Shown here: positions 38,791 through 49,128 of the stretch, piece by piece
Numbering within the stretch: position 1 is the stretch's first letter
Layout: each line of letters opens with the position of its first letter
Assembly (NCBI GenBank): GCA_022561755.1
Contig: JADFQN010000001.1
Span: 747-64,746, forward strand
Source of the DNA: Bacteroidota bacterium
Lineage (GTDB): Bacteria; Bacteroidota; Rhodothermia; Rhodothermales; Rubricoccaceae
Direction of reading: 5' to 3'
Length of the DNA: 64,000 nt
Position numbers and translations under genes: made by a program
The notes under the pieces: model-generated
What the model was told of the DNA's origin: nothing
Databases searched by the model: none
Seen by the model: only the letters and a program-made list of their open reading frames with translations

Positions 38791-38988
38791 TAGGCGAGAA
38801 GGCGAAGAGGGCGGTTGATTGGAGGCAGCACACCACATTCATGTGCTATGAGGCAACTGCATAACCGGAAGGCGCTGGAGGCACGTCACGAGAGGCTCCA
38901 CAACAACCCAGCCCCCGCGGAGAAGGCGCTAAGAAATTGCTTGACGGGAATATCAGTTCAGCGCTCGGATCTTTACACGTCGCCTTGA

Positions 38989-40293
38989 TTGCATTACCCT
39001 TTCGGTGTGGCCTACCAAGACGTTTTAGATCTCCTCTACACCCTGCCGCGGTTCGGGCATGCGGGAGCGGCGGCGTACCAGCCGGGGCAGGAGCGGGTGC
39101 GGGCCTTGTTGGGGGCGATGGGCAATCCGCACGAGCAGATAGAGAGCATCCACGTTGCCGGGACGAACGGGAAGGGATCGACGGCATCGATGGTAGCGGC
39201 CATCGGGACGGCATTCAGGAAGCGAATCGGGCTTCATACATCCCCGCACTTGTTTGATTTCGCCGAGCGCATGCGAATCGATGGCAGCCCTGCGCCACAC
39301 GAGTGGATTGTGGATGCCGTATTGCGATTCATGCGCGATATCAAGCGCATTGAACCGAGTTTCTTCGAGGCCTCCGTAGCTCTGAGTTTCCTTTATTTCG
39401 CTGAAGAGGATGTCGATCTGGCCGTTGTTGAAGTAGGCCTAGGCGGCCGGCTAGATGCGACCAATGTGCTGACGCCACGAGCCTGCGCCGTTACACACAT
39501 CGGCCTGGACCACACGGAGTTTCTCGGCGATTCGTTGGAGGCGATAGCCCGCGAGAAAGGCGGCATCGCCAAGTCAACCGTTCCATTGCTTTCCGCAGTT
39601 GAGGATGGGGCAGCATCTGCGGCACTTGGAGAAACAGCGCAGAAATCCGGAGCGAAGTTCGAAGACGTGCGCGAATCGACGTCAATGGAGGTCATTAACA
39701 GCGCCCCGCCTGGTCTCGTAATTAACCTGCAGACGCCGGTTCGTGCGTACAGAGGACTCAGCGTTGAGCTTTCAGGCGTCCACCAGGCATGGAATGCCGC
39801 ACTGGCCGTCAGGCTTGCGGAGACCGTGTGGCCGGACATCCAACAGGAAGCCGTGCGAGCCGGCCTAGCGGATGTCGTCGCACGAAGCGGCCTCCGAGGC
39901 CGGTGCGAGGTGATGTCCGGGCACCCTCGCATCATTGCCGACGTGGCGCATAACCCGGATGGATGGCTAGCGGCATTGTCGTTTGCGAAGCCGAAGCAAG
40001 AAGGTCAGTTGTACGCGCTCGTCGGCGTTATGGAGGATAAAGATGTGGCTGCCCTGGCCACCTTGCTGGTGGAACGCGAGGCGATCACCCTTCCGGTTGG
40101 CCTTCCGTCGCCGCGTGCGTTGTCAAAATCGGTATTGTCTGAGATCCTCCAAACCACAGGGGTTTCTGTCGTGGACGTAGCAGACATAGAAGACGGTATC
40201 GGGTGGTATTGCCAGTGTGCCCAGGAAAGTGATATACTACTAATTACAGGCTCGCATTTAGCAGTATCCGAGCTACGTAACTACGTATCTTAA
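38989..40293 (+). CDS. folC: Bifunctional folylpolyglutamate synthase / dihydrofolate synthase
   Basis: 434 aa with the P-loop HVAGTNGKGST and Mur-ligase-like domains. The track start is TTG; an alternative GTG lies at 39007. Confidence 0.9.
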   Translation: MHYPFGVAYQDVLDLLYTLPRFGHAGAAAYQPGQERVRALLGAMGNPHEQIESIHVAGTNGKGSTASMVAAIGTAFRKRIGLHTSPHLFDFAERMRIDGSPAPHEWIVDAVLRFMRDIKRIEPSFFEASVALSFLYFAEEDVDLAVVEVGLGGRLDATNVLTPRACAVTHIGLDHTEFLGDSLEAIAREKGGIAKSTVPLLSAVEDGAASAALGETAQKSGAKFEDVRESTSMEVINSAPPGLVINLQTPVRAYRGLSVELSGVHQAWNAALAVRLAETVWPDIQQEAVRAGLADVVARSGLRGRCEVMSGHPRIIADVAHNPDGWLAALSFAKPKQEGQLYALVGVMEDKDVAALATLLVEREAITLPVGLPSPRALSKSVLSEILQTTGVSVVDVADIEDGIGWYCQCAQESDILLITGSHLAVSELRNYVS

Positions 40294-40378
40294 GCTAACT
40301 GAACTCAGCTCGGTGGGGTGCGTAGTTCTTATCCTCGTCGACCGCTTGAAGGCAACGCGCAGCAATGCAGACCTTTTC

Positions 40379-40477
40379 GGAGGCTGTTGAAATACTGCTC
40401 CCCGCAGTCCCGCAGTCAGTGCGGGACAGGATGGGGAGGGCTTGTCGCCGGATCGGATGACGTAGTTCAACAGCCCC
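40379..40477. repeat. TIR-bounded hairpin element, copy E4 (99 bp)
   Basis: GGAGGCTGTTGAAATACTG...GTAGTTCAACAGCCCC. It contains an internal hairpin GTCCCGCAGTCAGTGCGGGAC. Confidence 0.65.
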
Positions 40478-40479
40478 CC

Positions 40480-40558
40480 AAGTACCAAAATTCAAGTATA
40501 AAATTCAAAGCGGTCTCATGAAGCACCCTTTGTGATTTGGAGTTTGGAACTTGGTACT
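40480..40558. repeat. AT-rich hairpin module B, copy 2 (79 nt)
   Basis: 72/79 identical to 15945-16023. It again lies immediately 3' of a TIR element, here between the convergent folC and MFS genes. Confidence 0.7.
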
Positions 40559-40589
40559 CTGGACTCCTGCCGTCGCTTTCCGCCGCCGA

Positions 40590-41804
40590 CTAAGCAGCAA
40601 CCGGTTCGGGCTGCTGTACGGCATCTTCGGTGGGTTCGGGTAGGAACCTCCAGACCAGCAGCACGAGCAAGAGCACCGTGGCGGCAGAAGCGAACGTGGT
40701 AGTGCGGTAGCCCCCGCCGGCGTAGAGGATACCGGCCACGAACGCGCCCAGCGCCGTCCCCATCTGCCCGATGGCGATGGTGAGCGAAAGAAAACTACCG
40801 CGCTGTTTTGCGGGGACGAGCGCAGTAAGCAGCGCCTGCAGCGGCGACATCCGCATCGAAAAGAAAATCATAATGCCGATGTAGGCCGGGTACGCCACCC
40901 AACGATCCGTAACCACGTAGGTGAGGGCAAGCGTGACGATGATAAGGCCAATGCACGCAACGATGATTAGCGGCTTCCGCCCGACTCTGTCGGAGAAAGA
41001 GCCCGCCATCGGTCCCGCAACGACGCCCGCCAATCCACCGACGAGAAACAGTGTCGCGATAAAATCGACGTCGAGGCCGGCCAGTGTGAGCGGCTTCCCA
41101 AATACAGTGACATCCAGCGGTGAAAAATGTACGGTAAGCCACTCCGGCAGGTAGACCACTAGCAGCGACAGCCCCAGGTACATCAGGAAATACGTGAGCG
41201 CTGCCGCAAGGACCTCCGGCTTCGACAAGAGCCGGCCGTAGTTCGTCACAGTTCCAACAATGGTCATCCGGGACTGCTCCGTGTCAACCTCGGGTTGTGG
41301 AACGACGAGAAGGATGAGCACGAAGGCACCAACCATTAACGCTGAGAACGCGACAAACGGGGTCAGGAAGCCAAGCCCCGCCGCCAATACACGCCCGATA
41401 GGAACACCCAGTACGATACCGAAGGGGATGCCGCTCATCACCCACCCCGTTGCCCACCCACGCCGCTCGTAAGGGAAGTAGTCGCCAACGTACGAGACGG
41501 CCGCACCACTCAGAATGCCTCCGCAGGCCCCGGCCACGGCGCGGGCGCCGAGCATGGTGCCAAATGAAGTCACCAGCCCATGCAACGCCAGTGCAACGGC
41601 CAGGGCGCCGGACCCCAGCAACAGTATCCGCCGCCGGCCGATGCGGTCGGAGACAGGGCCCATGATCAGCGCCGCCAGAGCCAGGGAGATCGAATAGACC
41701 GTTATGAGCAGACCCCACCTGGCTTCCGGCACGTTCAGTGCATCGCCGATGAGCGGCAGGATGGGTGTTACGATAATCGTCTGGCTCGCGGCGGTGAACA
41801 CCAT
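40590..41804 (-). CDS. MFS transporter (DHA1-like); N-terminus unresolved
   Basis: 404-aa multi-TM ORF containing GPVSDRIGRRRILL. The first TM helix seems to begin upstream of the first ATG. Confidence 0.8.
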   Translation of the reverse strand: MVFTAASQTIIVTPILPLIGDALNVPEARWGLLITVYSISLALAALIMGPVSDRIGRRRILLLGSGALAVALALHGLVTSFGTMLGARAVAGACGGILSGAAVSYVGDYFPYERRGWATGWVMSGIPFGIVLGVPIGRVLAAGLGFLTPFVAFSALMVGAFVLILLVVPQPEVDTEQSRMTIVGTVTNYGRLLSKPEVLAAALTYFLMYLGLSLLVVYLPEWLTVHFSPLDVTVFGKPLTLAGLDVDFIATLFLVGGLAGVVAGPMAGSFSDRVGRKPLIIVACIGLIIVTLALTYVVTDRWVAYPAYIGIMIFFSMRMSPLQALLTALVPAKQRGSFLSLTIAIGQMGTALGAFVAGILYAGGGYRTTTFASAATVLLLVLLVWRFLPEPTEDAVQQPEPVAA

Positions 41805-42211
41805 GAGCCAGAGGGAGAGTATGATCCCGAGAGTGCGGAGGGGGGAGTGCGTCAGGGGTGGTACTTGTTAGAGCAATGAACGCGATGATACGGCGAGATC
41901 GGCCAGTCCGAGTATCACTCAGTTCGTGGCAGGTGCGCTCGGGTTTCGCAGGGCACTCGTAATTGCCTTTCCCATCCTGCCAATGATTCTGAACAGAGCC
42001 GCACATCGTTGGACGGCACTCCGGGCTCTTTGTCCTTCCCCTTATTCTGCGTCGCGCTCGTCGCGCCCGTAGCCGGCGCGTCTTCTCGTCGGGTGGTACG
42101 TGTAGGTTTCCAGGCCCCAGCCTTTGTTGTGAGTGATCTGTGAGGGGAGCACCCCTGATGGGTTGTATGTTAGGCCAAGATCAACCCCTTCTCCATCCAA
42201 AGAGGTTCACC

Positions 42212-42925
42212 ATGAAGTTTCGCCAGATCATCGTTGTTGCCGCAACGCTCTTGATGGGGTCGACCCTGATGGCCCAGACGACGTTTCAGGTTTTTGTTGT
42301 CGCGAATACAGACCACCCCGATCCGGACGCATACTTCGAGGTCTTTGAAGTAGACGGCGTGCAAGGAGCTGAATTGACTCTCATTCGCGGCGAGACGTAC
42401 ATCTTCCAGATGAACAACGTCTCCGCGCTCCACGCTTTCTTTATCTCGACCAGTTCGACAGGCGGAGATGGCGGCGCAAGCGAATGGATGGACGGTGTAA
42501 CAGGGAACCATGCTAACGGCAACGCTGCGGTGACGTTCGTCGTGCCGAACGGAGCACCGGATCTTCTGTACTACCAATGCTCTACCATTCTTCATGAAAT
42601 TATGGGTTGGAAGCTCAACATCATTAACCCGGTTTCTGTGGACGACGAAACGCCGGGCGCTGGTTTCGATCTCTCCGTTGCCTACCCCAACCCGAGCAAC
42701 AACGCCGTTACAATCGGGCTGACGCTGGAGCAGGCTCGCGACGTATCCGTTGAAGTGTTCGATGTGACGGGGCGGCGCGTGGCCGTGCTGTACGAGGGCA
42801 CGTTGGCTGCCGGCGCCGATCACCGCTTTGTGTTCGGCGGCGGCGATCTCCCCGGAGGCATCTACCTCATTCGCGCCACGGCAGGCGAGGCGTCGATCGA
42901 GCGCCGCGTGACGCTCATTCGTTGA
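42212..42925 (+). CDS. Secreted protein with a T9SS C-terminal sorting domain and a cupredoxin-like N-terminal domain (tentative)
   Basis: Trimmed to MKFRQIIVVAATLLMGSTLMAQ. The C-terminal 70 aa (VSVEVFDVTGRRVAVLYEG...GGIYLIRATAGEASIERRVTLIR) fit the Por secretion tail. YYQCSTILHEIMG together with LHAFFI resembles type-1 copper ligand spacing. Confidence 0.8.
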   Translation: MKFRQIIVVAATLLMGSTLMAQTTFQVFVVANTDHPDPDAYFEVFEVDGVQGAELTLIRGETYIFQMNNVSALHAFFISTSSTGGDGGASEWMDGVTGNHANGNAAVTFVVPNGAPDLLYYQCSTILHEIMGWKLNIINPVSVDDETPGAGFDLSVAYPNPSNNAVTIGLTLEQARDVSVEVFDVTGRRVAVLYEGTLAAGADHRFVFGGGDLPGGIYLIRATAGEASIERRVTLIR

Positions 42926-42980
42926 TTCACGGTTGAGGATTCCTGAGGGCCGTAGTTTTGCCCTCCCGTCCGCTCTTCAA

Positions 42981-43016
42981 GGGATGGCCCGGTAGGCGGG
43001 TCGTCCCTTTCTTTTG
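42981..43016 (+). terminator. Rho-independent terminator after the T9SS-cargo gene
   Basis: GGGATGGCCCGG / GCGGGTCGTCCC forms a stem of about 11 bp including two G-U pairs. It is followed by TTTCTTTTG. Confidence 0.55.
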
Positions 43017-43034
43017 TGCTAGTCGCAGCGTGCT

Positions 43035-45344
43035 ATGCCCGTCTCCCTCCCCAACAGCCGGCCCCGCTCGCTTAGCGGGGAGCCCGCAGTCAACCTCGAA
43101 CTAGCTCTCGACCACGGCCTCACCGAGGAGGAATACGGTTGGATTCTGGACAAACTCGGCCGCACGCCTACATTCACCGAGCTGGGGATTTACTCGGTGA
43201 TGTGGAGCGAGCACTGCTCGTACAAGAACTCGATTGCCATTCTCAAAACCCTCCCGCGCGACGGCGAGGCGCTGCTCGTGGGCGCGGGGGAGGAGAACGC
43301 AGGGCTCGTGGATATTGGGGGCGGCCTGGCCGTGGCGTTCAAGATTGAGAGCCACAATCACCCAAGCACCGTAGAGCCCTATCAGGGCGCGGCAACCGGC
43401 GTGGGCGGCATCCAGCGAGACATTTTCACGATGGGCGCCCGACCGATTGCTTCGCTTAACAGCCTCCGCTTCGGCTCGCTCGATAATCCACGCGTGCGCT
43501 ATTTGTTTGACGGCGTGGTGCGTGGCATCGGCGACTACGGCAACTCCTTCGGCGTTCCTACTGTAGGTGGTGAGGTCTATTTCGACCCGAGCTACGAAGG
43601 CAACCCGCTCGTAAACGCCATGAGCGTAGGCGTGGTGAAAGTGGGCGAAACGGCCAGCGCCATCGCCGAAGGCGTCGGGAATCCCGTATTCATCGTGGGC
43701 TCGGCCACCGGCCGCGACGGCATACACGGGGCCACCTTTGCCAGCGAGGAAATCAGCGAGGCCCGCGAGGCCAGGCGGCCGAGCGTCCAGGTGGGCGATC
43801 CTTTCACGGAGAAGCTCCTTCTCGAAGCTACGCTGGAGGCCATCCGCAGCGGCGCAGTGGTAGGCATTCAGGATATGGGAGCGGCCGGGATCACGTGCTC
43901 GTCGTGTGAGATGAGTGAGAAGGGCGGGTGCGGGATGGTCATTCACGCCGACCGCGTGCCCGTCCGCGAGGAGGGCATGACGCCCTACGAAATCCTCCTC
44001 TCCGAAAGCCAGGAGCGAATGCTCGTGGTGGTTGAAAAGGGCCAGGAAGCAGTGATCGAGGGCATTTTTGACAAGTGGGATCTGCATGTGCAGGAGATTG
44101 GCGAGGTCACCGCCGACGGCCGCGTGCGTGTTCTTTGGCACGGTAAGGAAGTGGTCAACGTGCCTGCCGAGCACCTTGTGCTGGGAGGCGGCGCGCCCGT
44201 CTACATCCGCGAGACCCAACGCCCCGCTTACCTCGATGCCGTGCAGGCGTTCTCCACCGATTCGGTTCCTGACGTGGACGATGCAGGAGATGCGCTCAAG
44301 CGGCTCCTCGGCAGCCCCAACATCGCCTCGAAGCGCTGGGTATTCGAACAGTACGACACGATGGTGCGCACGAACACGATTGCCGGCCCCGGCCCAACGG
44401 ATGCGGCCGTTGTTCGCGTAAAAGGCACGGACAAGGGCCTCGCCCTCAAGACCGATTGCAACGGACGCTACGTCTACCTCAACCCGCGCAAGGGTGGACA
44501 GATCGCGGTGGCGGAGGCTGCGCGAAATGTGGTCTGCGCCGGTGGCCGGCCCATCGCCATCACCAACTGCCTCAACTTCGGCAACCCGTACAAGCCCGAG
44601 GTCTACTGGGTGTTCAAGGAGGCTGTTGCCGGTATGGGCGACGCGTGCCGAGCCTTCAACACACCGGTAACGGGCGGCAACGTGTCTTTCTACAACGAGA
44701 GCCCCGAAGGCGCGGTCTTCCCCACACCCACCATCGGTATGCTGGGCCTGGTGGACAATGTGGAAGCCCACACCACGACCTCCGGCTTCAAATCCGAAGG
44801 CGACGCCATCTTCCTGCTTTCGCCTGCAACATGGACGACCAAGGGTGGGATAGAGGGCTCCGAATACCTCGCGGCGGTGCTTGGGCAAACCACGGGCAAC
44901 GCCCCGCACCTCGATCTCGACGAAGAGGCGGCTGTACACACGGCCATGTTGGCACTGATTCACAACGGCTACGTCGAGAGCGCACACGATGTCTCGGACG
45001 GCGGGCTCGCCGTGTGCCTCGCGGAAAGCTGCATCCACAGCGGCCTGGGCGCCGATGTGCAACTCAGCAATGCGGCGCCCGCCAGGCTGGACGCCCTACT
45101 GTTCGGGGAGACGCAATCGCGCATCGTTTTCTCTGCCCGGCCGGATACCACGCTCCACGAGGAGCTCGGTGATCTCGTCGTAGGCCACGGTGCACAAGCT
45201 ACTCGGATCGGTACTGTCGGCGAAAGCACACTACACGTTTCCGTAGAGGGCTCTACGGTACTCGACGAGTCTGTGGAGGCTCTTGCGGAGCCTTTTCACT
45301 CCACCATTCCCGAGGCCATGGGTGAGGCCGTTGCCTCCGTCTGA
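43035..45344 (+). CDS. purL: Phosphoribosylformylglycinamidine synthase subunit PurL
   Basis: 769 aa with conserved segments [18 protein letters not shown] and [11 protein letters not shown]. Confidence 0.95.
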   Translation: MPVSLPNSRPRSLSGEPAVNLELALDHGLTEEEYGWILDKLGRTPTFTELGIYSVMWSEHCSYKNSIAILKTLPRDGEALLVGAGEENAGLVDIGGGLAVAFKIESHNHPSTVEPYQGAATGVGGIQRDIFTMGARPIASLNSLRFGSLDNPRVRYLFDGVVRGIGDYGNSFGVPTVGGEVYFDPSYEGNPLVNAMSVGVVKVGETASAIAEGVGNPVFIVGSATGRDGIHGATFASEEISEAREARRPSVQVGDPFTEKLLLEATLEAIRSGAVVGIQDMGAAGITCSSCEMSEKGGCGMVIHADRVPVREEGMTPYEILLSESQERMLVVVEKGQEAVIEGIFDKWDLHVQEIGEVTADGRVRVLWHGKEVVNVPAEHLVLGGGAPVYIRETQRPAYLDAVQAFSTDSVPDVDDAGDALKRLLGSPNIASKRWVFEQYDTMVRTNTIAGPGPTDAAVVRVKGTDKGLALKTDCNGRYVYLNPRKGGQIAVAEAARNVVCAGGRPIAITNCLNFGNPYKPEVYWVFKEAVAGMGDACRAFNTPVTGGNVSFYNESPEGAVFPTPTIGMLGLVDNVEAHTTTSGFKSEGDAIFLLSPATWTTKGGIEGSEYLAAVLGQTTGNAPHLDLDEEAAVHTAMLALIHNGYVESAHDVSDGGLAVCLAESCIHSGLGADVQLSNAAPARLDALLFGETQSRIVFSARPDTTLHEELGDLVVGHGAQATRIGTVGESTLHVSVEGSTVLDESVEALAEPFHSTIPEAMGEAVASV

Positions 45345-47302
45345 GCAGTTGCCCCGTCCCCGCCCAATGGTGGAATTGGGGTGCGTGGAAGTGTTACGGT
45401 AAGTACGCTGCCGGCACCCTTGCGGCTCAGCACGCTTATCCGCCCGCCCATGAGATCCACCAGGCGCTTGGCGATGGCGACGCCGAGGCCGTTGCCCTCG
45501 TGGCTGCGGGCAAAGCCCGACGATTCCTGCTTGAACTCCGTGAACAAGTGCGGCAGAAAATCCTCGTCCATGCCTTCCCCGGTATCGGCTACGTGCAGGT
45601 GAATCAGGTTGGATTTTGCCTCTATCGTCACCCGAACAGAGCCTTCCGTAGTGAATTTGATGGCGTTGTCGACGAGATTTCCGAGAACCTTTCGGATCGC
45701 ATCCCGATCCAGCAGAACAGGGAGTACCTCCATGTCTGTTTCCAGGTAGATGGGCAGGTTCTTTGTGTCGGCCTCGGCTCTGAGTTCAGCGATCACGGCC
45801 TCGACTTCCTTCACCAGGTCAAGCGGTGCAGGCCGCAAGGTTACTTCGCTGGCATCGAGTTGGGCGAAGTCGAGGACAGCGTTCAGGGTGTTGAGCAGCC
45901 GCTTTCCTCCGTGTTCGATCAGATCGGTGAACTCCTGCTGCTCTGCATCTACTTCATCGTGCAGCAATTCTGCAGCGCCGATAATGGCCGTCAGCGGCGT
46001 GCGGATTTCGTGGCTCATGTTGATGAGGAAGGCGCTCTTTAGCTGTTCCATCTCCTCGGCGCGGTGCTTGGCTTCAATGAGGCCTTGCTCGTAGGCCCGG
46101 CGTGCCGAAACGTCGCGGGCAATGGACAGGAATGCATCCTTCTCATCAAGATTCAGGCGGTGCGTCCGCATTTCGAACGGAATGGTTTTCCCTGTCTTCG
46201 TGTTTAGCTCGATGGTATGAAGTGCTCCGCCGTGTTTTCTTGCGTCAAGGAGGTGCTGCTCAAGCTCCGGCAGCGCGCCGTCTGCGGCCATCTTTCGCAG
46301 CGTCAGTTTATTGAACTCCTGAGTAGTATACCCCAGTAGATGCTGCGCCATAATGTTGGCATCAATGATCCATCCCGCCGCGTGGTCATCTGCATGTACG
46401 AGAACGCTGTCGCCGGCGGCATTGAACAGATGGCTGTATCGAGTCTCGGAAACCTGAAGTTGCGACAGACGGCTACGCACTTGTTTCCGCAATGCAAAGG
46501 CCCATCCTGCGGCTATCAGGAGCAGGAGAGCAACGACGACAGCCGCGTTGCGGTACCAGCTTGGTGGAAGGCCCGCTCGCGTTACGTCTTCCGCGGTACG
46601 GGGGAAAATCTGGTAGGAGCTGTTGAACGGAGCCTCCCGGTCGAACTGCCCGGCTATGCCACGAATACGGACATACTCACCCACCTGATAGCCCTCGAAG
46701 GAGATGGGCTGCGGCCGGTTGGCGTACGCAAATACGTTAATGAATTGGCCCTGCACAAGAATAATCAGGTTGTCCCCAGCCTCGTTGGGTACGCGCGCCG
46801 CCACGGTGCCTTTGACTTCGATAAGGCTGCCTTCGTAGCGTTCCAGGCCGTCCGCATTGATTTCGGATACCACTACTGGCGAAAGCTGGCGAGGTAGTGC
46901 GTCAACTATTCGGAAGACAGGATCGGTGAGTTGCGCCATACCGAGTTCGTGCTCTACGCGGCCACGGGCAATCACGCTGTCACCACTCACGATGGTGGGG
47001 GCCCCCGATGATGCAACCAGTTTAATACCTCCGCTTCCATCCTGAATGAATACCTCCGTCCAGTTGCGGTGGAGTTGGCCCGACGAAACGGTGGCGCGCC
47101 CGGCAATCAGCACCGTGTCGCCTACCGCATCAGGAACGAGATCTCCGTTCCGGTCTAAGAGAAGCCTCGCAATCGGTATTGGCTGCCCGTTCAAATCTAA
47201 GGATTGCGCCATGCTCCCACCTGCGGCCAACACAGCAAGGAGTAGGGCAGACGACCGCCGGAAGCGGCGCCAAATCGTATGGGACGCGGATATTGGTGCC
47301 AT
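45296..47302 (-). CDS. Sensor histidine kinase (periplasmic domain, TM, PAS, HisKA, HATPase)
   Basis: 668 aa with the H-box [11 protein letters not shown] and the ATPase segments [16 protein letters not shown] and GNGLGVAIA. It overlaps the purL 3' end convergently by 49 nt. Confidence 0.85.
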   Translation of the reverse strand: MAPISASHTIWRRFRRSSALLLAVLAAGGSMAQSLDLNGQPIPIARLLLDRNGDLVPDAVGDTVLIAGRATVSSGQLHRNWTEVFIQDGSGGIKLVASSGAPTIVSGDSVIARGRVEHELGMAQLTDPVFRIVDALPRQLSPVVVSEINADGLERYEGSLIEVKGTVAARVPNEAGDNLIILVQGQFINVFAYANRPQPISFEGYQVGEYVRIRGIAGQFDREAPFNSSYQIFPRTAEDVTRAGLPPSWYRNAAVVVALLLLIAAGWAFALRKQVRSRLSQLQVSETRYSHLFNAAGDSVLVHADDHAAGWIIDANIMAQHLLGYTTQEFNKLTLRKMAADGALPELEQHLLDARKHGGALHTIELNTKTGKTIPFEMRTHRLNLDEKDAFLSIARDVSARRAYEQGLIEAKHRAEEMEQLKSAFLINMSHEIRTPLTAIIGAAELLHDEVDAEQQEFTDLIEHGGKRLLNTLNAVLDFAQLDASEVTLRPAPLDLVKEVEAVIAELRAEADTKNLPIYLETDMEVLPVLLDRDAIRKVLGNLVDNAIKFTTEGSVRVTIEAKSNLIHLHVADTGEGMDEDFLPHLFTEFKQESSGFARSHEGNGLGVAIAKRLVDLMGGRISVLSRKGAGSVLTVTLPRTPIPPLGGDGATAQTEATASPMASGMVE

Positions 47303-47390
47303 GTAGGCCTTCGACGGATATCGTTGATATCGGCTGGGGCAGGCCGGTCTTTAGCCTTCGAACCTTGTGTAGCAGTCCGGCGGGAACCCA

Positions 47391-47548
47391 GGAGTCTGGC
47401 GAACTTGGGGGCGTTGCGAGGTGAGGGGAAAATCGAGATCAGTGTCCCGATCTTATGAGGCGCATAGTGGGACTTCGTAACGAATAAGATTGAGGAAATG
47501 AGCCGATTTGCCGCCACCGCAGTAGGTACCCTAAGTCCGCCAGACTCC
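47391..47548. other. 158-nt rod-like imperfect hairpin: either a diverged TIR-element copy (E5) or a structured ncRNA
   Basis: GGAGTCTGGCG (47391-47401) is the exact complement of CGCCAGACTCC (47538-47548). Pairing continues inward (ACTTGGGG/CCCTAAGT, TTGCG/CGCAG, GGTG/CACC, AAATCG/CGATTT). An internal loop of about 12x11 nt follows, then a 9-bp apical stem CGATCTTAT/ATAAGATTG. Confidence 0.4.
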
Positions 47549-47651
47549 CGAAAGCGTATATCACACAGAACCTCAACAGACGGTAGAGAACCCCACGCCA
47601 AGCGTCCCGTTCAACCGCCGCAAATCCCCTCTTTCGCCTTCCACAACCAGC

Positions 47652-47996
47652 ATGGCCGACAACGCCAAGTACATCACCGTCACCGACGACAACTTCGAGC
47701 AGGAAGTGCTCAACAGCGATTTGCCTGTTCTGGTCGATTTTTGGGCTGCCTGGTGCGGCCCGTGCCGCGTCATCGCGCCTACTATTGAGGAAATCGCCGC
47801 CGAGTACGAAGGGAAGGCGCGGGTTGCAAAGCTCGATACCGACAGCAACCCAGAGGTTGCCATGAAGTACGGCATCCGGTCGATCCCGTCGCTGATTTTC
47901 TTTAAGGATGGCCACCCGGTCGATCAGATGATTGGCGTGGTGCCGAAGAATGTGCTGGCGGAGAAACTCGACGCCCTTGTCAGCCAGGAAGTCTGA
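47652..47996 (+). CDS. trxA: Thioredoxin
   Basis: 114 aa with the active site WAAWCGPCR. Confidence 0.95.
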   Translation: MADNAKYITVTDDNFEQEVLNSDLPVLVDFWAAWCGPCRVIAPTIEEIAAEYEGKARVAKLDTDSNPEVAMKYGIRSIPSLIFFKDGHPVDQMIGVVPKNVLAEKLDALVSQEV

Positions 47997-48070
47997 GAGC
48001 CCAGCTTTGCTACGAGATGAGGGATGGCCATGCGGCCATCCTTCTTTCGTATCAGTACACCTCCTTTTTC

Positions 48071-49093
48071 ATGCACAAAGAGATGAACAACGGGATGCCC
48101 GACCTGTCTGCTTTCGAGGTCCTCGATTTTGATGGAGCCGAGCGCCGCAGCGTCGTCATTATCGGAACCGGCCCGGCCGGCCTCACGGCTGCCTTGTACT
48201 CGGCACGCGCCAACCTGGAGCCGCTCGTCGTCCTGGGGGTCGAGCCGGGCGGGCAGTTGATCACGACGACGGATGTAGAGAACTATCCTGGCTTCCCGGA
48301 TGGAATCATGGGCCCAGAGCTTATGCAGAAGTTCGAGGCTCAAGCGGCCCACTTTGGTGCGGATCTGCGCCATGGTACGGTCACGGCGGTCGATTTTTCG
48401 GAGCGGCCCTTCCGATTGGTTGTGGATGCGACGACGCCGGTGCTCGCAGACACCGTAATCATTTCCACCGGGGCGTCGGCGAAGTACCTCGGCCTCGAAA
48501 ACGAGGCGCGGCTGCTGGGCCACGGCGTATCTGCGTGCGCTACGTGCGACGGCGCGTTCTTCCGGGGCGAAGATGTGGCCGTCGCGGGCGGCGGCGATAC
48601 TGCCATGGAGGAAGCACTCTTCCTCACGCGGTTTGTCACGAAGGTCTACCTCATCCACCGGCGCGACACCCTGCGCGCCTCCAAGATCATGCAGGAGCGG
48701 GCCTTCGCGAACGACAAGATCGAGTTCATCTGGGACACCGTGGTCAACGACGTGCTCGGCGACAAGGAGGTTGACGGTCTGGTCATCCAGAACCTGAAGA
48801 CCGGTGAGGAGCGCATACTGCCGGTGAAGGGCTTTTTCGTGGCCATCGGGCATAAGCCGAACACGGATATCTTCGGTGGCTGGCTGGATATGGACGAGAC
48901 CGGCTACATCCAAACCAGGCCGGACTCGACGCACACCAACGTACCCGGCGTGTTTGCCTCCGGCGACGCCCAGGACCATGTGTACCGGCAAGCCGTAACC
49001 GCAGCAGGTACGGGCTGCATGGCTGCCATCGACGCCGAGCGCTGGATGGCGGAGCAGGAAACAGGGAAGCAGGTGGAGCCGGAGAGGGTGTAA
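48071..49093 (+). CDS. trxB: Thioredoxin-disulfide reductase
   Basis: FAD motif [14 protein letters not shown], redox-active CATCDG and NADPH motif [12 protein letters not shown]. The start is chosen at the ATG at 48071; the track ORF begins at 48017. Confidence 0.92.
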   Translation: MHKEMNNGMPDLSAFEVLDFDGAERRSVVIIGTGPAGLTAALYSARANLEPLVVLGVEPGGQLITTTDVENYPGFPDGIMGPELMQKFEAQAAHFGADLRHGTVTAVDFSERPFRLVVDATTPVLADTVIISTGASAKYLGLENEARLLGHGVSACATCDGAFFRGEDVAVAGGGDTAMEEALFLTRFVTKVYLIHRRDTLRASKIMQERAFANDKIEFIWDTVVNDVLGDKEVDGLVIQNLKTGEERILPVKGFFVAIGHKPNTDIFGGWLDMDETGYIQTRPDSTHTNVPGVFASGDAQDHVYRQAVTAAGTGCMAAIDAERWMAEQETGKQVEPERV

Positions 49094-49128
49094 ATTGGTT
49101 TGCCTGGCGTGCAAGCCTTTTCTCTCCG

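Noticed and set aside
41880-42130. Possible small basic protein or leader encoded in the 400-nt MFS/T9SS-cargo intergenic region.
   Set aside because: Translations in all frames are short or Arg-rich without start or stop support, and no motif was recognised.
43101-45062. 653-aa ORF antisense to purL. Similar long antisense ORFs lie at 7493-9628 (opposite smc), 26058-27149 (opposite clpB), 47924-49276 (opposite trxB) and 6122-7057.
   Set aside because: Each lies opposite a gene with unambiguous family motifs. Their translations are Arg/Ala/Gly/His-rich with no recognisable motifs. This is the usual shadow-ORF artefact of GC-rich DNA.
45296-45344. 49-nt convergent overlap of the purL and histidine kinase 3' ends as a possible antisense regulatory arrangement.
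   Set aside because: Both tails are poorly conserved, low-complexity ends, and short convergent overlaps are common in GC-rich genomes. Nothing further supports a function.
47303-47345. GATATCGTTGATATC (two EcoRV-type palindromes) just upstream of the histidine kinase start, as a possible operator.
   Set aside because: It is a single occurrence, short and without a nearby regulator. I cannot separate it from chance.
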